Assembly (NCBI GenBank): GCA_010909165.1
Contig: VJWM01000068.1
Location: 930,001 to 994,000, forward strand
Direction of reading: 5' to 3'
DNA from: Anthoceros angustus
Taxonomy: Eukaryota > Plantae > Anthocerotophyta
DNA: 64,000 bases
A model generated the notes under the pieces. It saw only the letters and a program-made list of their open reading frames with translations, had not been told where the DNA came from and made no database searches. This document shows, piece after piece, positions 1 to 10,039 of the stretch (its first letter is position 1; each line of letters starts with the position of its first letter). Made by a program: the position numbers and the translations under genes.

Positions 1-43
1 TCACTGCCGCCTCCGCCTCCGCTTGAACGCCTCGTCACCCTAC

Positions 44-492
44 CGGTTTCCTTAGGGTTAAGTTTGGCCTCCACTACCGGTTGTCTTCTCGACCGCCCAT
101 GCCCACCCACAACCCCATACTCATTCAACTCACTGCGGGTCGACCCTAACTTAGGAGACAACCCCAAATAACCACCCCTACCCGCATATATAGACCTTGT
201 AGTGGATATCGAGGTCCATGGGCCAAGGAACACCGAGTTTTGACCATTTATTATCTAACCTAGGCAAAAACAAAAAAGAACTCCATAGGCCAAGGACATT
301 TTACTATGAATATCCCCAACTACCGTCAATCGACTTATTTTCACACCACTCTCAAAGAAAAACAAAAAATTCACTTGGGCACATTTTAACAGGGTTCGAG
401 ACTAGATCGTTTAGGTAGACCCCTAGGGCCAAGCAGGTCAGGGAGGAGGCGGGAAGGATACCGGACTCCATACGTCTGAACGGACCCTCACC
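44..492. repeat. ~450-bp direct repeat, copy 1 (partner 1778-2226); contains GCATATATAG TATA-like box and the first codons of the coiled-coil ORF
   Basis: Near-identical text from CCGGTTTCCTTAGGG to GGACCC(CC)TCACC in both places, ~1734 bp apart. Confidence 0.95.
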
Positions 493-1777
493 AATTGCGT
501 CCACCTCATTGCCGGTGGAGTCCCTTGAAAATCTCTTCCCATCTTTGAGGAGGGTCCGCTCGAGGTCACCTAATTCCTCTGGGTGGCTCATCATCATCAG
601 TCGGCAAAATTTTCTTCCTCGGACGCGCCTCTTCCTCCGCCACCTCGATCGTTTGGCTTTCATTTTCTTTGCTTTTTTCTGTGTGGCGGCACGCCGACAG
701 TGTGTGGCGTCCACCTTCACTTTTTTTTGGGACCGTCTGCCACTCCGGTCTTCCTCTTCTTCTTGGTAGAAATTTCCTTCTCTTCCTCGGGGCCTGCCAT
801 GGACTCCCGGTGTCAGATTCCTCCTCAATTTCCTCCTTAGGCTCCTCCGCTTTCCACTTCCTCCACAGGCTTCCACATATGAAGGAGGCCACAATTTCTA
901 CCTCTGGCGGGCAATTAGCATGCGCATAAAGATGAACTAGGAATGGTGAAATTAGAGAGGGCCGGGGTAGGAGAAATCGATTCAACCTTTCTTCACTCAA
1001 CTTCTCGAGGATTCGTCCCGATCGATTTTCGCCCGCCAACTTCATGGAGGAACAACGGAGTGGTCGGACAAATAATCCACTTCTTGTCTTTGTAGGGCGG
1101 AGAAGCCATCTGGCGGACCCATTAAGCATCTTTGTTGCCAATTCTCGCGTCGACCAACCATTGGGTTCCGGATTCGCCCGCCTTCACGGGCTGCTTCTTC
1201 TTCTTTGCTCCTTTTAGAAGGTTCCATCACCAAACCCCTGCCTCCTCCTTGCTGCGCCCATACACTTCCCTAACCAATGCGGTCCCAATCACGAGGTTTT
1301 GCTCTAATTCCCTCGCGGTTGCTTGTCTTTTAGGTGGCGGCGCACTCCTGCACATCCCGGTCGTGTAATTCCACCGCTTCTCCATGAAACCCGAGCTCCT
1401 TCACGGCTCGGACTTTCCAATGGTCCATGTTTGGCCATTGGGCAAGCGATCTCGGTGTGGCTTTGGGCGCCATCCTTCCATGATAGTCCCCGGTCTCGCG
1501 CCTCGGGGCCGGGTGCCACCTCGCCAATTTCTGGCAAGGTCGGACTTCGAGTTCCTACCTCCTCCATGCCGCGCCCGCGGCTCGCCTTCCTTCCACAGTT
1601 GCGACTTCAGGTGAGGGTTGGCGGCCCTCCACCACGATCGCGCCTCTCGCTCTCCGGCGATCACGGTCCGCCTCTCGAATCGGCTCCTCGGCGACCTCAC
1701 GCTCCGGCCCGTTGCGCTCCACTCCTCACCTCGCTCCGGCCCGGTTGCGCTCCGCCGTTTGAGCAGCTCTGGTCACC
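493..1777 (-). pseudogene. Degenerate charged, low-complexity ORF remnant between the two repeats, probably TE-derived
   Basis: Overlapping minus-strand ORFs (566-1141, 352-894, 1330-1527) rich in E/K/R and broken by stops; no family recognised. Confidence 0.3.
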
Positions 1778-2226
1778 CGGTTTCCTTAGGGTTAAGTTTG
1801 GCCTCCACTACCGGTTGTCTTCTCGACCGCCCATGCCCATCCACAACCCCATACTCATTCAACTCACTGCGGGTCGACCCTAACTTAGGAGACAACCCCA
1901 AATAACCACCCCTACCCGCATATATAGACCTTGTAGTGGATATCGAGGTCCATGGGCCAAGGAACACCGAGTTTTGACCATTTATTATCTAACCTAGGCA
2001 AAAACAAAAAGAACTCCATAGGCCAAGGACATTTTACTATGAATATCCCCAACTACCGTCAATCGACTTATTTTCACACCACTCTCAAAGAAAAACAAAA
2101 AATTCACTTGGGCACATTTGCGATTTTCGAGACTAGATCGTTTAGGTAGACCCCTAGGGCCAAGCAGGTCAGGGAGGAGGCGGGAAGGATACCGGACTCC
2201 ATACGTCTGGAGCGGACCCCCTCACC
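1778..2226. repeat. ~450-bp direct repeat, copy 2
   Basis: Matches 44-492; its right end is also homologous to 16425-16465. Confidence 0.95.
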
Positions 2227-4106
2227 ACCCAGGGAAGTGTGGGAAGATATCCCTGCTTCCCTCCTCTTGGTGCCTCACGAGCACCAAGGCAGGAGACGGC
2301 GACCCACAGCCCACCCACCACCACGGCAAGAGAGGAGCCCGACGAACTCACGGGCAATCAAGAGGCGGAAGACGGTGCCACCCGCTAACGCAAAGAGACC
2401 ACAGGCTGCGGCTCAGGTTTTGCCCCCGCCCACGGAGTGGCAAGAGGTCAAGAGGCGTGAGAAGAGCAGGAGGTCACCGGCAGAACCCCACCTGAGCTGC
2501 CCTGCCGCCGACCGGGAGAGGCAAGGCCGCCTCGACCCCTCACCCTCCGAGCCCTGTGACGAAGAGGGCGAATAAGGAATTGGCGGCCAAGAGGGCCAAG
2601 GAGGGTGAAGCTCCGACTGCAATCGTGACCTAAGGGGCCCGATTAGGTCCGAGAACCCCCGACTTGCTCCGGATGCGGTGTGGAGGTCCTTGGCGGACCG
2701 TGAGATGCCCGCCTCCACTACGGACTTTTGGGGTCTCACTGGCGGCCGTGGAAGAGACACGGCGGTCCTGCTACCGCCATGGACGGATGTTGGGGTCTCG
2801 GGACCGAGAAGACCTGTGAAGTAGAAGCCACCAGAGGCGATGGTGCTCCTCCGGGAGGCAATTGGAGGCGGCCCAGAGGCGAGGAAGGCGAAGCTCTCGG
2901 CCGCATCAAGAAGGGAAACGGAGGCCGAAGGGAAGTCCGTCCATTCGACAGATCGGACTAAATTCCTTCACCGGGTGACCAAGGCACAGGAGGCCCAAGC
3001 GCTGGTCAAGACCGCAGCGGAGAGGGGTAGCGCAGCAGGAGGCGAGGAGGCCCGCAAGCAGAAGGCTCGCGACTGGCCGAGGCGGCCCAGAGGCGAGGAG
3101 GCGGCCCAGAGGCGAGGAGGCGGAGGCGAGGAGGCTAAGCCGCTAAGATCGACCGCGATCACTATCGGCGTGATCGAACCGTGGAGGGAGATGGAGGATC
3201 TCCGGACTCGAAGCAAGGAGGCGGCGGAGTGTGCGGGCCACCATGCCGAGGAGAAGGAAGCCCGCGACAAGGAGATGGAGGATCTCCACCCGCCGCGAGG
3301 TGGAGCAACGGCGGAGATGGAAGACCGCAAAGAGACTCGAGTGCACCCAAGTTACCATTGAGAGGAATGGTACTGCAGGCGTGATCACGGATCACGAACG
3401 AGATAGAGCGGCTCCGGAGCACCAATGGCGAAGGAGGAGTAAGGCGATGGAACAAGGAGCAGACGCCGAAATGGAGAAGGACTGGCACACGCACCGGGCA
3501 GAGTTCACCGTCTGGAGAGGAGATGGCGAGCTAACGGCCGTAATAAACGGGAGCGAGAGCACCGGACGGTAAAAAGCCGCCGGGTCCAAGGAAGGCGGAA
3601 GGGCTGCGCTATGGCGTGTAAGCCGGGCAGCAGAGGCGAGGAGGCGGAAGCAGCGGAGCAACAGGCGTTGCAGAGGTGACCGAGGCGGCCCTTGTGGCCT
3701 CGCGAGATTCGCCCGCCCGCCCAACGAACTCGGGGGATGGTCCAAGCCGACAAAGACGCCCCGAGCACCAATGGCGAAGGAGTATCGGGTGCTCCGGCAC
3801 ATGTGGAAGAGGCAATCCAAAGAAATTGACTCGGATTTTGCCTACTACCACGCCGAGCTCCTTAAGGCATTGAAGCCGCACACATACGGACGGACCCAAG
3901 GCTCAAGGGATGAAGGGCATGGGGACAGCACGGGGACCCTAGTGGCCCTGTTTGGAGACGACGGCAGCGGGGGAGAAGAGCCTCAGGAGGAGCAGGACGC
4001 GGCCAATACAACGGATCTCAGGGTAAGTCCACCGCAACCTGCTCGGGAGGATAGAGGCGGCCCAGAGGCGAAGGAGGAGCCAACCCGACCCAAGACAAGG
4101 TGGTAG
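2190..4106 (+). pseudogene. Frameshifted Pro-rich then E/A/R/K coiled-coil ORF of element E1
   Basis: Motifs PREVWEDIPASLLLVP, LPPPTEWQE, EYRVLR and DSDFAYYHAELLKAL shared with the E2 ORF, mostly by synonymous changes. Confidence 0.7.
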
Positions 4107-4585
4107 GGATGAGGACCTAGCGATAAGAGGTCCGCAGATAAGGGGTCCGAGCTTGGGGACCGGACCTATTCGACCCCGAGGTCCGAACCCCGTAGATGAG
4201 ACCGGACCCGCAGACGGACTGGAATAAGGCACTCAAGTTCGACTGAGTCGAGACCGGACCCCGAGGTCCGGACTCAGGAAGCAAGGAGGAGTCCCCTCCG
4301 ACTTACGCGGGGAGCATGGTCACCGAGGGACCCACCGGGGGCTGGGGGACGACGCAGGTAACGGCGGTCGCCGACCGCCGCCAGAGCCCAACCCGGCTGT
4401 GATTCCGGAAGAGGAAGGGGTCCGCCTCGCGGATCATCCGATTGGGTGCGCCTGCAATCGCCGTGACGGGAGATTGGACCACCAATACCGAGAGAACCTG
4501 ACCTTCCCAGCCCACCGACGAAGGAGATAGGAGGAGGAATAGGATGGTAGGCGGCCGACATGCATCGAGCTGGCCACCTAATAGG

Positions 4586-5223
4586 TGTAATAAAGACGCC
4601 GACTTGGGCGTAGTATAAGAGGGCTGAGGCTGCTCGGAATAAATCATCTTCTCTTGGTGTTGATGCCGCGTTTCTTGCAGACCTTTGTGTGTCTTCATGT
4701 TAACGTGAGTCCTGAGTCACTGAGCAGGCACGACAGCTCCGGAGAGACTGATCAAGGTCCTGGTGACGGACCCTAACGTGTGGTGGTGTGTGCAGGGAAG
4801 GCGGCGGGGACCCGTTCGCCCAGGCGCCCCGAGGACCGAACGTGTGAGCCGGAGGAACTCGGGAGGCGTCTGAGCCGGACGGAGAGGCCCGCTGAGCAAC
4901 GGAGGAGGTCCGGATCTGTAGCTACCATGCTCTTTTCCAAGGTTGATGAGCGAGTGAGAGTGATGAGAGGAACGGACTTAAGGGGCGAGTGGCGTGCGGA
5001 AGCGTCTGGACGCAAACGGTCTCAAACGCTTGGCCACACCGGCCTCGGTGAACGTTATGAGTAGTTAGACGCAAAACGACGATTGCGTGTGTTAAAGTTG
5101 AGCGGACGCAAAGTAAGGATCGATCGCAACGCTGCAATGGAGCTTTTCATTCTCGAAGCGGACTCCTTACTACAACGACACGGATTGCGGCGCGCTGGTA
5201 GCCATCGTCAAAGTCGCGCCACA
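4586..5223 (+). repeat. LTR-like segment of E1 (638 bp)
   Basis: Starts TGTAATAAAG, ends GCGCCACA, contains TATAAGAGGG; homologous to 19057-19721; no partner LTR or TSD in the window. Confidence 0.5.
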
Positions 5224-5493
5224 AGACGCCACAATTCGGAGGGAGAGTTGGTGTTGCCCAAACTGCACTTTGCCCTCCTTGGATGACTGCCACCTGGAGG
5301 CTGCTCAGCCCTAGATTTGGTTCATCATTCTAAAATACCTAATCCTACCTAAACTGCCGATTTCCCTATCCTTTTTGCCATCCTTAATTAATCGGTTTCT
5401 AATTACTCTATTCATTTACCCCCCTATTGGTGAGCATATATAGTGGATATCTCCCCCCTATTCTAATTTCCTCTTTCGGCCAAGATCTCGTCA

Positions 5494-5581
5494 GCCTACC
5501 ACGGTAGTCTGGTAGCCTACCGTGGTAGTCTGCGCTTCCTCTCAACCTATCGCCGTAGTGTGGTAGCCTACGGTGGTAGTC
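5494..5581. repeat. Array of alternating CTACC/GGTAG inverted pentamers
   Basis: CTACCACGGTAG, GGTAGCCTACC, CTACCGTGGTAG and CTACGGTGGTAG within 90 bp. Confidence 0.8.
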
Positions 5582-7502
5582 ACCCATTCCCCGTCGGTGC
5601 GCCTTTCTCGCACTGGGGTCGTTTTGGCCCGTTTCTTTCCCCTGGGATATCCCCTATGCTTCCCTTACAGTATCCTCCAACTCCAGCTCCAAGTTTCTCA
5701 GAAAATTCCCAACATGTCCCTCTTCAATCGTTTTCAGCCAAAAAAAATCGAAGTCGCTCTTCCTCTAGCTAGTTTGGGATGGTTGCCCTAACTTTTGCAT
5801 TCCACAGAATGCTTGCAAGCAAGCTAGAATATCTTATACGACTACTCGTCCTTGGCCTTTGGTGAATGGTTACAAAATCAATAATGTGTGTGATGTGGAA
5901 TCCCTAGACATAGCACTAAGGATTTCTATATATGTGGGATACGCCTATTATTAAAGACATAATATCAACCTAACTTCTCATTACCAATCTAAACTTTCTG
6001 TTTGGATTTGTAATATCTCGAATCCCTAACTATAGCAAGGCTGATCTCTATATATGTGAGACAAGGTCTAGTACAAAACAATATACCCATCAAGCTAACT
6101 TGTATAAGGTTGTAAGACCCAAGTTGTAAGATCCTTCTAAGAGCTGTTCATCGACTCTACCATACCATGGCCGCAACCTTTGGAGAATTGATTGATATGT
6201 TGCAAAACTTAATACTTGAGCAAGTTGAGAAAGATGGAACTGTACAATTCGGACGAAAACAAGCCACACTAAATTTGGTGAGCTATCAAACCCTGCTAAG
6301 TAAGTTAATAAATAGATGCTTAATAAATTAGTAAATAAATTGAGTTAAACTGAATGAATTACTTGTTCTGAATAAGTTTTCATGTTAAACTTCTTTGTAG
6401 AATGACCATGTGCATCACTTATTGAAACGTATTCATGCACCAAACAATAGTGGTCATGGAAAACGAAAACAAAACCATGTCATTGGGAGTGAAGACTTAG
6501 AAGATCAGTTTATTTATGTTGTACTTAGTATTGTGTGTGTGGAATATGCATGTGGGCTCAACATGTTGGAGAGCAATTTCTACGAGCAACATTCTCATTG
6601 CACTTTTGGTCGTCCTCAAAGGTTTAAGAAATTAATTCCTAAGATAGGGAAGGCTCTTTGCCACGGCTTGTGCATGCTTCCTCATGCAACAAACTTGAGA
6701 GACTTAAAAACACAACGGGAAATGAAGATACGGAAGTGTAGCAAACTTTTTGAAACATTAGTAAGTTTCTTCAGCTTTATGTATCCACAACTTTAATTGG
6801 TTACTGATTAATAATTAGTATACATAATAAAAAGATATTTTTTTGTGTGTAGATTTTAACTTTAGCACTGTTATACAATCTATTGGAGAAGAAGAGTGAA
6901 ATTCCAACAATATATCCGTTATGGGTACATATGGAGAGGGAGCTTATTCAAAACGGTTTAACCATCCTTCTGGTAATAATGATACTTCTCGCAGAAGAAT
7001 TTAAAATTGATTTACAAAAATCAATCATAAACAGAATATCTAGAAAGGCATTCCATAAAACAATCAACCCTATGAGAAAAAAGATGACCTTAAAATGCAT
7101 TTATGAGATGACATCAATCTCCTTAAAAGCTCTCACCTCGAAACCACGCGATCTTAAAAATTTACCTGAAATCTTTGAGTGAAGATAGATATAAATATTT
7201 TTCTCCATCGTGAAGTATGAAGACTTTCTTTTTTCTTCTTCTGCCCTAATCTATATTTGCGCAGAAAGAGGAAGAAAAAATTTGTATAACTAGAACTTTG
7301 TAGAAAGATCTATAGATATGCGAGGCAGACAAACAAGATATTTGAAATGAATTTTCCCCCTAGTGGTTCCTAGGCTATTGCTGGAAGTTGTGGATCGGTG
7401 TAGCTCAGGGTCCTCACACCCAGGGCTGCCTTTGGTTAAAGAACGGGCCTTAGCTTACATGGTTCTTCTTTCTATTTTTCCATGCTAGGCCTGACTCTTT
7501 CA

Positions 7503-9721
7503 GGTTTTTCACGGTGGCCTCGGCTACTGACTGTTTTTTAGTCTTTAGAGGTAGCTTGCTGCTCTTTTGCGCTAAGCTCATGCCTAGCATGTTTTGTAAT
7601 TTCGTATTTGTAAGGCTTCGAACTCTCTAAAAAATAGATATTTTTTAATTTCCTGTATTTTTAATGTTTTGACTATTTGATTTTTCCATCAAGTACATAT
7701 TTTTTCTTGAATTTCTATTTTCAGTGTATATATATATATATTTTTTCTTAACATCGTGGATAGACTCGTATTAGGGGTGTGACAACAATGGTATGGCACG
7801 AGTACATTTTTTGGTTCTCATGGTCATTGAGGTTAGAACTACAGATTATGACTTAGTTATAGTTTGGGTTCTGACTTACGGTTGATCTAGCTTAAAAAGG
7901 GCGAGAGCCCATTTGTAAGGATCCAATAATAAGGTCATGAGTACATTGATCTAGCTTAAAAAGGGTGAGAGCCCATATGTAAGGATCCAATAATAAGGTC
8001 ATGAGTACATTTCTTGGTTCTCACTGTCACTAAGGTTAGAATCACAAATTATAACTGATTACAATTTGGATTAAAGCCTTTAGTTAATCTAGTTAAAAAG
8101 ATTAGAGCCTAGATATAAGGATCCCTTAGTCCCATAAGGTGAAAGGAGTGAGTGGAGTGTGAGTTTTGAGTGCAAGTTGGTCGAGTCAAGTTGTGTTTGA
8201 ACCCAACAACTCTTAAAGTTTGTATCCAAGCTTGTGCACGAGCTTGGGTTGTGTTTGAACTTGATGATTGTCTTAGCATCCGCATTTGTGTGCACAGGGT
8301 GACTAGTGGAGTACAATGCCCTATTAGTGTGGAAAGTGCTTGTCGGGACTTTGTGAGAAGTAGAGTTTTGGAATTCCTACGAGCATGTTGTTTCCTTCTC
8401 TTCTATTGTTCGTGTACCTACAATCATTAGGGGAATTGATCGGGGCTAGGACGCAGCCTGCCACTATTAGAGGAAAAGGCTGTTCAAGCTAATTGTCTTG
8501 GTGTATGCGCTATGGAGGCAGGCTGCTAAAGATAGGGGGGCTGACGAGCGCGCAACGGACTTTCCAGCAAAGTAAGACCTTGGGAATTGAGATAGTCGTA
8601 GTCTTACATTGCGATTTCGGGTTTTCACGGTGGCCTCGACTCTTGTTTTTTTAGTCTTTAGAGGTAGCTTGCGCTCTTTTCGCTAAGCTCATGCTAGCAT
8701 GTTTTGTAATTCGTGTTGTAAGGCCAGAACTCTCTAAAAAATAGATATTTTTAATTTCCTGTATTTTTAATGTTTTGACTATTTGATTTTTCCATCAAGT
8801 ACATATTTTTCTTGAATTTCTATTTTCAGTGTATATATATATATATTTTTCTTAACATCGTGGATAGACTAGTATTAGGGTGTGACAACAATGGTATGGC
8901 ACGAGTACATTTTTAGTTCTCATGGTCATTGAGGTTAGAACTCTGATTATGACTTAGTTATAGTTTGGGTTCGACTTACGGTTGATCTAGCTTAAAAGGC
9001 GAGAGCCCATTTGTAAGGATCCAATAATAAGGTCATGAGTACATTGATCTAGCTTAAAAAGGGTGAGAGCCCATATGTAAGGATCCAATAATAAGGTCAT
9101 GAGTACATTTCTTGGTTCTCACTGTCACTAAGGTTAGAATCACAAATTATAACTGATTACAATTTGGATTAAAGCCTTTAGTTAATCTAGTTAAAAAAAG
9201 ATTAGAGCCTAGATATAAGGATCCCTTAGTCCCATAAGGCTGAAAGGAGTGAGTGTGAGTGTGAGTTTTGAGTGCAGTTGGTCAGGAGTCAAGTTGTGTT
9301 TGAACCCAACAACTCTTAAAGTTTGTATCCAAGCTTGTGCCTGAGCTTGGGTTGTGTTTGAACTTGATGATTGTCTTAGCATCCGCATTTGTGTGCACAG
9401 GGTGACTAGTGGAGTACAATGCCCTATTAGTGTGGAAAGTGCTTGTCGGGACTTTGTGAGAAGTAGAGTTTTGGAATTCCTACGAGCATGTTGTTTCCTT
9501 CTCTTCTATTGTTCGTGTACCTACAATCATTAGGGGAATTGATCGGGGCTAGGACGCAGCCTGCCACTATTAGAGGAAAAGGCTGTTCAAGCTGGTGTCT
9601 TGGTGTATGCGCTATGGAGGCAGGCTGCTAAAGATAGGGGGGCTGACGAGCGCGCAACGGACTTTCCAGCAAAGTAAGACCTTGGGAATTGAGATAGTCG
9701 TAGTCTTACATTGCGATTTCG
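7503..9721. repeat. Tandem duplication of ~1.11 kb (7503-8619 / 8620-9721) containing LTR-like sequence
   Basis: Two collinear copies with scattered indels and substitutions; GGGGTGTGACA LTR-end-like motif and an internal ~65-bp repeat. Confidence 0.95.
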
Positions 9722-10039
9722 AAGTTAGGAACTGCTGAAGGGCCCTAGCCTCCTGGTATAGTCATCAAAAGGTTCTGTCTCAATACGATTGAAGCTTGGG
9801 GACGCTGATATCGCTGGTCTATACGGTGCACACGTGCAGCCCTTACAGATAGTGAATTATCACCAGGCCGTGACCTAAAGCCAGATTATTGTGCAGAAAC
9901 GGCATCAAATAAGTCTTCAAGCTTGAAGCAAGTTGGCCGGTGGAGTCCTTTGACGAGTGATAGTAAGAAAGAGCTCATATATTCGTTGCTCGTGTGTATG
10001 AGGTCCCATACTAACAGCTTAAGCTTCGTGTCTACAAGT

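Larger units (their letters stand above)
2170..5223 (+). mobile_element. Element E1: frameshifted coiled-coil ORF, short tandem array and LTR-like terminal segment (3' half of a putative LTR retroelement)
   Basis: Collinear homology with 16390-19721; homology ends at the same point (AAAGTCGCGCCAC); terminal segment is bounded TGT...ACA. Confidence 0.6.

Noticed and set aside
4776-4800. TGGTGTGTGCAGG after GGACCCTAAC as a tRNA primer-binding site (also at ~19240)
   Set aside because: I cannot match it to a known tRNA 3' end, and E1/E2 homology continues ~430 bp further to a better TG...CA boundary
6400-7200. AT-rich ORFs 6410-6796 and 6883-7182 as transposase fragments
   Set aside because: No recognisable motif in any frame
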